Assembly: GCF_006345805.1 (NCBI RefSeq)
Contig: NC_043005.1
Span: 109,639,382-109,703,381 of the forward strand
Source: Octopus sinensis
Lineage: Eukaryota
DNA: 64,000 nucleotides
Reading direction: 5' to 3'
The position numbers and the translations under genes were made by a program. Under the pieces are notes generated by a model, which had not been told where the DNA came from, made no database searches, and saw nothing but the letters and a program-made list of their open reading frames with translations. This document shows positions 13,157 to 26,279 of the stretch, in pieces (position 1 is the first letter of the stretch; each line of letters starts with the position of its first letter).

Positions 13157-13760
13157 CATGAAGACCTCTGCTTGTGAAGACCTGTTGGAGCAAGTGAAAT
13201 TTGAATCGAAATTGAACCAATCCTATGACTGGCACCCGGCAGTTGCCAGTGCTGCTGGACTGACTCCTGTGCAGGTGGCAAGTAAAGAAACACCGTTTCG
13301 ACCCTGTGCTTGAGGAGACCTATTGAGTCAAGTACATCAACATCAAAAATCAATGGAAATTGTAGTTGTGATCCCTGTGCTGGTGGCACGTAAAAAGCAC
13401 CATCTGAACGTGGCCGATGCCAGTGCCGCCTTGACTGGCTTCCATGCCAGTGGCATGTAAAATGCACCATCCAAACATGGCCGATACCAGCGCCGCCTTG
13501 ACTGCCAGTGGCACGTAAAAAGCACCAATCTGATCATGGCCGTTGCCAGCCTTGCCTGGCACCTGTGCCGGTGGCACATAAAAAGCACCCACTACACTCA
13601 AGGAGTAGTTGGCATTAGGAAGGGCATCCAGCTGTAGAAACTCTGCCAGATCAGACTGGGGCCTGGTGCAGCCTTCTGGCTTCCCAGATCCTGGTCGAAC
13701 CATCCAACCCATGCTATCATGGAAAGCAGACGTTAAACGATGATGATGATGATGATGATA
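13157..13760 (+). mobile_element. RTE-type 3' end (family E), long copy with internal ~60-bp tandem units
   Basis: 4-5 units of gtgccggtggcacgtaaaaagcacc followed by the family E terminus and (GAT)n. Confidence 0.8.
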
Positions 13761-13794
13761 GTTGCATATCTAGACATGCTCATATATATTTAAA

Positions 13795-15950
13795 TGATAA
13801 ACTTCTGGAAAGTTTTACTGATTTTTACTGTTCTGGTAATTGATTGGATCTGTAGACTTCGAATTAGCTTTCTTCATTCTGGTTTTGAGAAGCCTCATTT
13901 CTCAAGATTGGTATATAGACAGTGTGTTACATATTCCAGGGCCCCAATAATTACAGGTATAAACCTGAACTTGTAATCAAGTCATTGACGGAGATGTTGC
14001 TAGTCTGATTTACAGTTTTCCTCCTTTTCACAACCATATAACAACATTTATCCTGACCAAACTCCAACCCTACATCCTTTGAGAATGTTGTAACCAGGTC
14101 AAGGCTCTTTTTCATCTTGTGCATATTCTTTGCATGAAGTTTCAAGTTATCCACAAAGAAATAGTGTGGAATTTTGGTATTTCTGTTTCCTTGTGAACCA
14201 GTGAGACTTCAGACTTCCTTAACATGATCGATAAGGGGTTTACAGAAAGTATAAACAACACCACAGAGTGGCTGTCCCCTTAGAATATGCATTTGTGATA
14301 CAATATTCTATCAGTGATAATACAGTCACACTTTGTGTTTAATTTCAAGATAGTGGCCCATGATGAAATCAGGGCAGCTATGGCTTTGACTATGTTCACT
14401 GGAACTTTAGCAAGCTGAAGGACTTCTAGCATCCGTGAGTGGGGAACAGAATCTAAGGCTTTCTTGTAGTCTAGCCATACTGAAACTAGGTTCCGCCTGT
14501 GCTCTTGCCCCTCTGACATCACAGTTATGAGGATTAACAATTGCCCAGCACATCACAAGACTTCCTTCTTCTCAGCTGCTTGTTCTGCTGTGATAATGTT
14601 ATTGGTTTCACAATGGAGGAAAAGGTTTAAGCATACTGTAGATATCGTATGCATTAAGTTCTGGCATGCAGTTGACCAGTAGCTTTTTGCCATGATGAAG
14701 GTTCTGCATTTGGGGAACAATTTTGTCTCTGCCAGAGCTAACCAGTGTGGTATGCTATTGTTCCCATTGAGAGCTCACTCGTACGGACTGATAAGATATG
14801 GTTGGTAGAAGGTTAACTTCTTGTACTAATATCCAACAATCAAGTCTCTTCCAGGAACTTTTCCATTCCAGAGTTTCTGGATCACAGTTGCAAGAGTACC
14901 ACCCTCAATGTTGTATATCTTAGGTGTAACACAGGAGCAATAACTTCTTCGGTTTTCTTCCAGTCACAGAGCATCTTGGTTAAACTCTTTCTCTTCACTC
15001 CAGCTCTTCCTCCAGAAGGAGTCTATGTCTTCTCATGAAGGAGCTTCTGTGATGTTCCCTGCTTCTCCTCTCGTGTCTCTGTATACTGCTGCCAAGTTCC
15101 GGTTAAATGTTTTGTTTTTTGTTTTCTTCTCAGTTATTCTCTACTGATGCCAGAGTTTCTCACTGACAACTTTTAGCTCCTCCTGCCTGAGGGTAATCAC
15201 TTTGCAAGCGAGTGTCCTCTTTTTGCTGTCTCCAAACATCGTTTCTATCTCCTTCTTTGCTTTCTGTTAGTGAGACATATATTGATTTGCTTGTTTGCAT
15301 GCAATATGCATGATTACATGACAGATGGTCTTATGTAAACCAGTTATCTTTTTCTCTGTTTTCAAAACCCTTGATGGTACTTTCTTTGCTGTTTCGGTTT
15401 TGTTCACTTTTTGAATGTCATTCATGTACTGCTTTTCAGTAGTAGCCAGAGCTCATAGACAGGCATTAATCTGCCAGAACGTGGGTTTATCACACTGCTG
15501 TAAATGCTCACCACTAATTTCATTAATAGTTTTAATATGATGGTTTTTTACCTACCTTAATAGAAAATACTCTTTCCTCAAGAGAGTACTTCAAAGCTAA
15601 AGTTATTTTTTCTTGGGAAATTTCAGTAAGGGTCCATTTCTCCGGTATATAATCCTGACTGCCACTACTACTACAATATTCATTGCAATTGCACCTGCTG
15701 TTTACCAAAGTCGTAGAAGGGGGACAGGGGTCAGTTACTTTAGCCAGATATCTAGTTTGGCTTGCAGGCACTATGGAATCTGTTGGAATGTCACTAGCTG
15801 CAAAACCATGTGGTGGTCTTACATAATTTACATTTTCGTTTTTGTTTATAGAGTTGAGAAGAAGGTTAATTTTCGATTTTTTTAATAAAGTTACAGTTAC
15901 CAACCTTCTTCCTACAAATGTTGTTTGTTGGCAAAGCTGCTTCTAAGTAA
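13795..15950 (-). pseudogene. R4/Dong-clade LINE, N-terminal region plus reverse transcriptase, decayed
   Basis: RNLVSVWLDYKKALDSVPH, CIF*GDSHSVVLFILSVNPLS, FFVDNLKLHAKN, FSKDVGLEFGQDKC. Confidence 0.85.
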
Positions 15951-16009
15951 AAGGATTTAATTCTGGAAGTAGATCATCCCAATATGATTTCAATCAATTC
16001 ATATAGCCA

Positions 16010-16350
16010 AAGTCCATCCCCTCCTCACCGTGGTGGGGACGCTGGCAACGGGTAGTGTAAGAGCTATGCCGTTGGGTACTTTGATTCCTGGTAGGGCCAC
16101 CCAAGGAGGATTGGTCTGACACCAAGTGGTATTAGGGCCACAACCCGGCAGATGGGGCTCTGGTGAAAAATCCTCGGAGTGTCTGTTTCAGTAACCGGCG
16201 GCTCCTCGGTCGTTCTGTCCCTGCGTCTGCGGACAATCTGCGGCAAACAGGATGTCTCTACATGTGGGATTGTTGGAGACTACTTGTGAAATCCACATAT
16301 TCCTACAAAACGTCTTCCAAGGAAGAGGCTGACTCAACCCACCCAGGGTG
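16010..16350 (+). mobile_element. Probable RTE/BovB-like LINE 5' leader fragment
   Basis: cgtggtggg...gagctatgccg...tagggccacccaagg resembles the RTE (BovB/Expander) 5' UTR as recalled; GC-rich island. Confidence 0.5.
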
Positions 16351-17149
16351 AATGTCACCACAAGTACAAGTATTATAGCCAACAGCAAGGTTTTGTTTTG
16401 CTTTTTGTAGCCGTTAAATAGATCAGTATTTAATTCATAATTTCGAGAGAAACGAGTTTTGTAATTATGGTTTCTTCAATAATTACAACCAGAAGGAATT
16501 TGGTTACCTGTTGAGCTGTTGTTTGTGTTCTGTTCCTAGGTTGTGTTGTTGCTAATGTTGTGTCCAGCCATATCGTTTGTAGTAACTCTGCATACTAAAT
16601 TCAAGTTTCACTAAAAAATCACTACGATTGTGAAAAAAAGGTTCCATCACTTAATTCATCTGAAGACTAACCAGTTATATAACCAGGATGATAGTTGTGG
16701 CTCCACAGTTGGAGATGGTATTCATCGTATTTTTGATAAATAGTCTTCCATGCCAAATACGCAACCTGTTGCTTTGAGATCGTATGTATGTATGCATGCA
16801 TGTATGTATGTATGTATTATGTATGTATGTATTATGTATGTATGTATGTATGTATGTATCTATGTATGCCTGCAAAGTGGCAAGTCACTTGTTTAAGCTA
16901 AAACTGTTGTCAGGTATTTGTGGTTACCTGAACTGGTTGATGCATGTATGTGTTTGCATTTGTGCACACGTGTGTGCGTGCATATGTGTGTGTGTATGTG
17001 TGAGTGTGTGTATGTTGTGCATATGCATATGCCGGTTGATAAACTTGACCTTGCGAATACCTATTTCATATTAGAATACAGGGTGTGCCCGTATTTCATC
17101 ACCACATGTGTGCTCATGCATATATATTCCCTATACACATGTGACTATG

Positions 17150-18050
17150 CACATGTGTTCATCCAGGATCTTCAGACTGAGAATCCCTGAAACATTTAAC
17201 AAATTTTCAGTGTATCTTTATTTGATTGTGTGGAGGCGCAATGGCCCAGTGGTTAGGGCAGCGGACTCGCGGTCATAGGATCGCGGTTTCGATTCCCAGA
17301 CCGGGCGTTGTGAGTGTTTATTGAGCGAAAACACCTAAAGCTCCACGAGGCTCCGGCAGGGGATGGTGGTGATCCCTGTTGTACTCTTTCACCACAACTT
17401 TCTCTCACTCTTACTTCCTGTTTCTGTTGTACCTGTATTTCAAAGGGCCGGCCTTGTCACTCTCTGTGTCACACTGAATATCCCCGAGAACTACGTTAAG
17501 GGTACGTGTGTCTGTGGAGTGCTCAGCCACTTACACGTTAATTTCACGAGCAAGCTGTTCCGTTGATTCGGATCAACCGGAACCCTCATCGTCATAACCG
17601 ACGGAGTGCTTCCATCCATTTGATAGTATCTGGAGGATGTGAATCAGTCTGTTCCGATATGTTTTGGAGAACTTAAGTTTCTATTCAGATCTGTTGATGT
17701 GCAGAGCAGTGCACCTATGATAATAGGAACAAATGAAAATCTATAACCTAGATATTAGTGTTGTGGGTTTCTTATCAGTTCTCCACTGATGTTCTCCTTT
17801 TCCCCAGTGTTTAACAAGACATTCATATTTGCTGGGCAGCTGATCTCTACAACGATGGAATGATTTTTCTCCCTGTAGTGTACAACAATTTCCTGTCGCG
17901 CTTAAATCATGTTATTGTTTATAATGGACTATTCCATCAGTACTCTTTAATCTTAAAGGTGTGGATACTTCCTGGGTCTTAATGACAATGCCATGTCTCA
18001 TAGGAATATAGTATTTTGCAGACAATTTTGAACAGATGCTGATAAAAGGA
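17150..18050 (-). pseudogene. R4/Dong-clade LINE RLE domain, interrupted by a SINE
   Basis: ICSKLSAKYYIPMRH, VVEISCPANMN, GELIRN, FSFVPIIIGAL. Confidence 0.7.
17230..17617 (+). mobile_element. SINE family C (tRNA-Arg-like head), tail type 1
   Basis: A box tggcccagtggt, B box gtttcgattcc; TSD atttgat(t/a)gt at 17220-17229 and 17618-17627. Confidence 0.9.
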
Positions 18051-18174
18051 AAGACAAATTGAAATAAATTAAATTAATCTTTTGTGATACCAGTACAGGG
18101 AATTTGCTTGTTTTTCTTACAAACATCACATGCTGCTGCAATTTTGTTTCCATATGTCCCCTTCAGTTTTTATA

Positions 18175-18566
18175 GGCGTAGGAGTGGCTGTGTGGTAAGT
18201 AGCTTGCTTACCAACCACATGGTTCCGGGTTCAGTCCCACTGCGTGGCACCTTGGGCAAGTGTCTTCTACTATAGTCTTGGGCAGACCAAAGCCTTGTGA
18301 GTGGATTTGGTAGATGGAAACTGAAAGAAGACTGTCGTGTATATGTATATATGTGTGTGCGTGTGTCTGTGTTTGTCTCCCCAATATCACTTGACAACCG
18401 ATGCTGGTGTATTTACGTTCCTGTAACTTAGCGGTTAGGCAAAGTGGCTGATAGATTAAGTACTAGGCTTACAAAGAATAAGTCCTGGGGTCGATTTGCT
18501 CGACTAAAGGCAGTGCTCCAGCATGGTCGCAGTCAAATGACTGAAGCAAGTAAAAGAGTAAAAGAA
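18175..18566 (+). mobile_element. SINE family A, full length
   Basis: Full match to family consensus. Confidence 0.9.
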
Positions 18567-19617
18567 TATGGTTGATGCTGGGTCATAGTAGCAGTAGTAA
18601 TAATATTAACTTTAGTAGTTGTGGTGGTGTTACACTAACTTGTAGCAGTAGTAGTAACAATAGGAGCTTCATCAAAAGTTTTAGTAGGGCCAGAGGCAGT
18701 TGTCTCCCTTTCTCTCCCACAGGTATTTAAAAGTGGTCAATATTTGGTTATTAATGTTATTTCTTTGTTGATGCATTATTGTTGCATTGTGTAATCACTA
18801 AATTGATAAAAGGGAAACATCATAAACCTTGGTGGACTTCTCCTTGCACATGTGTCTGCATGTTCACTGTGTATACATACACACTGTGTAAATATACACA
18901 CCCCCCCCCCGTTGTTTGTCCAATTTAAACCCTGCACGACTTCTATACACACTGTCTTTCCTACCCGCATTGCTTCTTCACCAAACTTTGGCCGCCCTCC
19001 AATTCTTCCCCTCTCTTCCCCCATCCTCCTCCCCTCTTCCTCCCATCCTCCTTAATCCCTTCTTTCTCCTTTTCTCTGGTCACTGATTCTGTCCCCTGCC
19101 TTCCACCCTCTTGATTCCCTCTCTCTCTGTCTCTCTTTCTCTCTCTCTCTGCAACTGCTGCTTCTTAAACCATTCTGTTGGCCATCGTATCTCGACCAAC
19201 ATGGTCCCCGCTACCGAAACGGTAATTATTTCTACGCCAGCTATGTTGTTGTTGTTTTGTCTCATTTGTCTAAAGTCGTATGACAACCACCGTTATATAT
19301 ATTTTGTTTATTCATTACTGTTTTCAATTTCGTTTCGTCTCTTGTATTTACATCCGTCTTGTGCGTTCACATTCTGGTCTTCTACCAAGAAATCTAATGC
19401 TTACAGCTTAGTTTTTCTTGGGGCTGGCCGAGTTGGAGCAAATATCAGAATTGAACAGCCGAAATTTGCTATGATGATTCGGTGTCTGACTGAAGATTGA
19501 AGGCTTCGAATGATTTGTCTGTGTTCCGTGTTCGTCCCTTCCTGTATTTCACGTTCATTATATATAAAAACATTCATTCTTATATATATATATATTATAT
19601 ATATATATATATATACT

Positions 19618-19707
19618 TTATTTGCTAGCAAAAACTGTATTACTCTACCACTGGTATTTGAGTACTCTTTTTTACACCTTGTTTCACATTTATGTGTTTA
19701 CTCCGGT
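19618..19707 (+). mobile_element. Deleted copy of the 58.8-kb hammerhead element
   Basis: Reverse complement of 58748-58815 joined directly to tttgctagcaaaaactg; flanked by (TA)n. Confidence 0.75.
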
Positions 19708-19930
19708 ATATATATATATATATAAATAAATAAAAACGGGCAGGCAATAGGTTGCTTAGCTACATACCGAAAAATTAGAAATAGCAGTCAAAGACTGTTT
19801 ATTTCTATTTTCTACAAATAAGACTCCACATATAACATATTCATGTGATTCACATACTGAAATCTACCCATAAATAATTGTTGTTTTTTTTTTAAACTAT
19901 TAATTATTTACCATTATATGATTAATAATG

Positions 19931-19961
<31 letters not shown>

Positions 19962-20369
19962 TATATACATAATATATGTCTGTGTGTGTGTGTGTGCGAA
20001 TACACATACATACATACGGCTATACACATAATACTATGCATCCTGGTCAACAAGGATGAAAATAAGTAAAAGAAAAAGCACAAAGCACGTATGCTTACCA
20101 TTATTTATAAGTGTCATGCACGAAACTCTTGGCCTTTGAATCACTTTCGAAACTTTCTGGTGAGTGTGTGTGTGTGTGTGTGTTAGAGAGAAAGATGGGG
20201 CAGATGGAGATGGAGAAAGAAATGGACAGGCAGACAGGCAGAACGTTTGTTTGTGTGTGTTGGTAAATAATCTGTTCTTTTGGCTGTTTACAAACTAGAA
20301 TATGTAAAGTACAAATAATATAATCTACTATAATAAGACACACGCACATGCACAACCCATCACGTTCTT

Positions 20370-20465
20370 GCACTTACATATATACATACATACATATATA
20401 TCTATATACATACATACATACATACATATATACATACATATTATATATATATATATATATTATAT

Positions 20466-20560
<95 letters not shown>

Positions 20561-20710
20561 TATACATATATATGCATATACATACATATACATATACATA
20601 TATATATATATATATGTGTATACTACCAACACATGTGTACACATAGATCAGAATGTGGGGTAAAAACAGGAAAAAAAAACAATGAGTAAAATAATAAGAA
20701 TAAATAAGTA

Positions 20711-20742
<32 letters not shown>

Positions 20743-21214
20743 TAATAATGATAAACAGAATGAACACGCTTCTCGAACTTCCTACACACAGACCTAGGTA
20801 TCTACACACGTACATATGCATAAAGAATTTATATAGTTGTGTTTACGTATAAACATTTATATAGATGTATACATTATAAACTGGAAGCTTAATCTTTGCT
20901 TTCATCAGTAAGACTATCAACATCATCTTCCCCTCTTCCTCCCATCTATGTATACACCCACTCAGCCCTCACCTACATCAACAACAACAACAAGAGCAGC
21001 CATACAAATATAACCAAAAATAATATCAACAACGGTATTAACAATATGCTAAACAACAATTGCGATAACAAGAAGATAAGATCATCAGATAATGTACTTA
21101 TTTGAGTATGCACTTATATATATATGTTGCTGTGTGTGTGTGTATGTGTGTGTGTGCGTGTGTGTGTGCATACATATATATGAATGCATGCATGTATATG
21201 TATATATATATATG

Positions 21215-21261
<47 letters not shown>

Positions 21262-21298
21262 GTATGTATCTTTTTGTGTGTGTGTATATATATATATA

Positions 21299-21331
<33 letters not shown>

Positions 21332-22417
21332 CTTTGTGTGATTGTATATATATATATACACTCATAAATGCTCACATACATTCACTACATACTCATACTT
21401 GAATAATATACATATATATTTACTTACATACATACATACATATATGTGTGCGTGTGTATATCTATATATATATATATATGCACACACACACACACATACA
21501 CAATCACACATATACATATATGTATGTATATATCTATATATATATATATATACGTAGTTATACGTATATAAGTATGCTTTATCTCTCCATTTCCTATTTA
21601 TTCACCCCTTTCAGCATTTCATTGAAGTCCTATTAAAATCTGAAGAAATTCCTGCCACGAAAACATCAATATTTCTTTGATCTCTACAGAATTTTCCATT
21701 TCTTCTTTCAAATTTTAGTATTAGTTTTTTATTGTTGTTATGATTATTGTTGTTGTTGCTATTCTTATCGTTGATTTCTTTTTTTCTTTTTTTTTCTTTA
21801 AATTTCTTCTCTTTCTCATCCATTTCCCAGTAGGTGATGATGCTGAGATGAGCTGAGATGAGATGGGATGGAACGGCGATGAGGATGGGATGTTCTTATG
21901 GGGTTTTGGTCTGGTTGTTTAATGTGTGCATGTGTGTGTGTATGTGTGTGTGTGCGTGTGTGAGAGAGAGAGAAAGTGGGAGTGAGCGTGAGAACATATG
22001 TATATATAAATATATATAAATATATAAGTATATATGTATGTGTGCATATATGTGTGTGACCATATGCATGTTTATGTGTGTTTGTGTGAATATTTATCTA
22101 TCTATCTATCTACTTATCTATATATCTATATATACATATATATATATATATAGAGAGAGAGGGGGTGAGAGAGATACATACATATATGTACATATATATA
22201 TATTTACATATATATATATATATATATATATATGTATACATACATATATCTTGTATATGTATATATACATGCATAAGAAAATATACATATATTTATATAT
22301 ACACACATTTATGTATACATATATATGTATATATGAATGTATGTATATATGTATGTATGCATTTATGTATATAGGTATATATGTATGTAGATGCATAGAT
22401 GTCTATGTATGCATATA

Positions 22418-22452
<35 letters not shown>

Positions 22453-22495
22453 AACGTACATGCACACATATAAGCACACACGCATACATTTAACA
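20370..22495. repeat. Extended compound (TA)n/(TG)n/(CA)n/(GA)n microsatellite field
   Basis: Directly visible, interspersed with short unique islands. Confidence 0.85.
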
Positions 22496-23238
22496 TTTCG
22501 TATTTTGTTTTATATTTTTCTATATCTGAATTTTATAAAGCATTTTTTTTTCTCGTTTTTCTCTTTCCGTTTTTTTTTGTTTTTTTCCATTTCTGTTATT
22601 ATATTGATAATTATTTTAAAGATTTTATATTATTGTGTCTAGAAACACCATTGTTTCTCTCTTTTTCCCCTCCAGTCTTTAACTTTTCTTCTCTTTTTTT
22701 TTCATTGCTTTTTGCTTTTTTTTTCATACTTTATGGCCTTCTTACCTCTACTTTGTTCTTTTTTAAATTTTTTTCTCTTTCTTCCTTCTTTTTCTTATTT
22801 GTTTCTTTCAATTTTTTTTTTGTTTTTGGTTCTCTGTTTTTTCATTTATTCATTCATTTTTTTTCTTCAAATATATTTTCATTTTTTCGTCGTTTTTGTT
22901 TTTCGGATATTATTTTCATTTATATTTCTATTCCCTCACTTTGTTACCTCATATTTTATTTCATTTTCTATCTCTCTGTCCTTCTGTCTGTATGTAAGTA
23001 TGCATGTATGCATGTATGTATATATGTATGTATTATGCAGGCATGTATGTGTGTCTCTATATATATATGCATGTGTGTGTGTGGTATGTATCTTTCTGTC
23101 TATTGCTCCAGTTGTCTTTCTATTAGTCTATGTACCTGCACAATCCAAATGTCTGTCTATCTATTCATCTGTTCCTGTATCTATATCTTTGCATGTACGT
23201 GTGTTTGCGTATATGTGTATGTATGTGTATACACACAC

Positions 23239-24780
23239 ATCAGGTCGAATCGAAAGCGTTTTCATACTTCAAGCTTTAATTAATTGTTCAAAGTACACAC
23301 AAATAGCATTTATTCATCAAGCTATATGCTGTCATAATCTATTGTCTATTGCCAATGTTAAATAATAATAATAATAATAAAAACATTGTGTACAGTGCTC
23401 AGGTGCACTACAACTCACCTAAAGTGTATGTATAATCAGGTGTAGTTTCGGCGGATTTCGGAAAGCATGAGGGCCTTAAAGGATGCAGTGTCATGGCAGT
23501 CAACAACTGACGCAGGCAGTTTGTTCCATGCTTCAGCAACTCTGAGCGTGAAAAAATGTTTCCGAAAGTCATGGGAGCTGTGTTGTTTTCTGACTTTGTA
23601 GGCATGTCCACGTGTGTTAGACACATGAAAATCAAAAAGGTGTTCAGTGTTGTTGTTGGTGAGGTGGTTGATAACTTTGTGGGTGTTTACCAAGTCCATC
23701 GCCAGACGCCGGAGCTTCAGTGAATCCATGCCCAGGGAAACAAGGCGCTCAGAGTATGGTAGGTGCTTGATGGAGGGTATGCATTTGGTTGCACGTCTCT
23801 GAACAGATTCCAGGAGGTCAATGTTGTACCGGAAGCTCAATTTGACACCCATACCATTTGGCTGGTTTAAAGACAAATCACTCACTGCCCCCATTTTCAA
23901 TTTTGACCACATACTTAAACCTCTATCCATGCAGGAAATTGAGTCATGGCTTGGAAAAGGAGGTAATCCGATGGCAGGGTGAGGCAGCCCTTCTAGCCCC
24001 TTGTGTTCCTCAAGTTTGCACTTGATCACATTGGTTGTGGGGGCTAGGGCAATGCCATGCTGTAGAAGTGTGTGTCTTGAATTGACCAATGCTGGGTAGT
24101 GGACTTTCAAAGCATCATATATTTACTGCATTCGTTTAGTGTTCACAGCATAACCATCTGGGACAAGCTGGAAGTGCAACATCTTGGAATTCAACAAAAC
24201 ACATAACATGACCTTCTGTTGATACTGGCCTTGTTTGACAACAGGTTCTGAAGCTTGGTCAGAATGAAGCCACTGTCTTATCTTATCAGGAATACAAAAA
24301 TAGATACATTTTTCAGCCCCAGTCATAATTCAATGCCAAAAACAGGCATTTTGAGAATTTGTCAGCTATTATTTTCAAATGTTCACTCATCATTGAGCCT
24401 GCTCATTGGTCAGTTCACAAGGAGCTTTTTTTGACGGCCCCTGATCATGTGGCTGAGTTTATAGAGGTGTTGATTTGTGATGCTTTGTGAAAGCCATGTC
24501 CAGCTGACATTGTACAAGTGCTTGTGCTGGCTGTTGTTAAGCTATTTCAAGTGAGGACTCATCTTCCAAAAGAGGTCTCCCTGACCTTGTCTTGTTTTTG
24601 ACGCCGGTGTCACATTCCTTCAAATGGCTGAGTCAGTTTTGTACCAAATGCTTGTTGACAGTTCCTAGGCCTTCCATATCATTAATTTCTTTTAGTGCAT
24701 CTCTTACACTCAGTTCTTTCTTCCACAGATGGCATAAAATGGCTCAAATTACAGATTTTTCACTACAGTTATCAAAGTTG
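23239..24780 (-). pseudogene. Near full-length mariner transposon relic, interrupted by a CR1 LINE
   Basis: AILCHLWKKELSVRDALKEINDMEG...RSGRP, IMTGAEKCIYF, KVMLCV, YPALVN...LLQHG, LPHPA, SDYLLF, then HWQ*TIDYDSI*LDE* beyond the LINE; TIR-like end at 23239-23268. Confidence 0.85.
23360..23818 (-). mobile_element. CR1/L2-group LINE, 5'-truncated 3' end
   Basis: DLLESVQRRATK...LPYSERL...TRGHAYK...FFTLRVAEAWNKLP; short 3' UTR and (TTA)n tail; 7-bp TSD caatgtt at 23353-23359 and 23819-23825. Confidence 0.9.
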
Positions 24781-25130
24781 TATGATAATGGATAATGAAT
24801 AAATGTTTATATGTTATACATGAAAATAAAGAATAATTAAGTCAGCAACAATGCACTTCACTTTTGTAGTTATTAGGAACACTGTGAGAGATCCTTCAAA
24901 TGCATGTTACTGCTCAACCACTGCAAGTCCTTGGGGGACACTTTATTGTATCATGTTTCAGTGGGACATTGTTATTTGCTCCTTGATACAATAACATTTT
25001 CCCTGAGGATCTGTTGTGACTGATTATCTATATATGCATATGGAACATTTAATTGCAAGGTTCCAAACAACCATAAATTCTCATAGGAACTTTAATATAA
25101 ACTTGAGTTTATCCTTAATTTTCAAATATA

Positions 25131-25169
<39 letters not shown>

Positions 25170-25192
25170 TATATATATATATATATATGTAT

Positions 25193-25426
25193 ATATTATA
25201 TAAAATCCGTTCTGTCTGTGTGTCTGTCTTCTAGGATCTCAGGCCTCCTCCATCCGATTGTGCTCAAATTTGATTTGTAGATACCGATGGCATCAGGGCG
25301 TGTATAAGTCTTGAAAAAATTGCAAAAATCGATTCCAGGTGAGAATGCTATCGATAAAGCCGTGGTAACGTGCATTTGCACATGCAAGTACATCAGCACC
25401 GTCCATTGGACAGGGGACATTTTGCT

Positions 25427-25427
<1 letters not shown>
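25193..25427 (+). mobile_element. Probable non-autonomous Helitron-like element
   Basis: Starts tatataaaa...gtctgtgtgtctgtc...gatctc...ccgatt, similar in style to the Helitron copies; the 3' CTAG is not intact. Confidence 0.4.
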
Positions 25428-25469
<42 letters not shown>

Positions 25470-25475
<6 letters not shown>

Positions 25476-25650
25476 TCATCATCATCATTATCATCATCAT
25501 AGTTTTTCATACTGGCATGGGTTGGACAGGTTGACAGGAGATGGCATGCCAGAGAGCTACATTAGGCTCCATTTGTCTATTTTGGCATGGTTTCTATGGT
25601 AAGATGCCCTTCCTAACACCATCCACTTTACAGAGTGTACTGGATGGTAT
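25470..25650 (-). mobile_element. RTE-type 3' end (family E), diverged
   Basis: (TCA)n...gcatgggttggac...gatgcccttcctaac. Confidence 0.65.
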
Positions 25651-25790
25651 ATATGAGTGTGTATGTATATATATATATATAGCTATATATATATATATTT
25701 ATATTATAGCGGACTTCTATATCTTTCGATGTTACTTGATTGAATATATAAGAGGTAAGTTTTTCCTAGCATTTTCAGATTTATAGGAAT

Positions 25791-25849
25791 ATTATGTCGA
25801 TAAAGGAAATGAACTTTACGATTCTAATCCAGAAACGATCGTCCATAAT
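25791..25849 (+). ncRNA. Degenerate type I hammerhead ribozyme
   Basis: Stem I attatg/cataat, GAAA, palindromic stem III acgatcgt, GTC site; the CUGAnGA box is mutated to TCGATAA. Confidence 0.5.
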
Positions 25850-26279
25850 TAATCCAGTAGACTGTGTGGGTTTGTTGTTTTCCTTTCTTCTTTTACCATA
25901 TATGAGTTACAAAGGCTGTTGTTTGCAGAGACTTATTTTTGTAGTAATAGTATAGTAGCCCGTTGACTGCTATTTCTAATATTTTTGGTATGTGGTTTAA
26001 GCAGCTTGTTGCAAAAAACCCTTTATTATAATTATATGAATTTTTACCGATTATGGTCCTTTCGATACCGAAATACTACTAGGTGAAATTTATTGATTTT
26101 ATTAAATTAATTATATTTCACCCTTTATCTGTATATAATATATATATATATTATATATATATATATATAATATATATATATATATATGGATGTATGGATG
26201 GATCTATGTGTGTGTATATATATATATGCATGTGTTTGTGTGTGTGTGTGTGTAAACTTCTTTCTATCCATCCTCCTCT

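Noticed and set aside
13376-13590. CRISPR-like repeat/spacer pattern (also 29745-30023)
   Set aside because: Linkers are homologous to each other, arrays sit in a retroelement 3' end, no cas genes, eukaryotic context.
17232-17310. tRNA genes at SINE heads (families A-D)
   Set aside because: A/B boxes present but no complete cloverleaf; each continues into a SINE body with TSDs.
19485-19525. CTGAAGA...CGAAT motif (also CTGAAGA at 16660)
   Set aside because: No GAAA/stem III/stem I pairing.
23436-24110. 224-aa ORF as a host gene
   Set aside because: Explained as a mariner/CR1 chimera.
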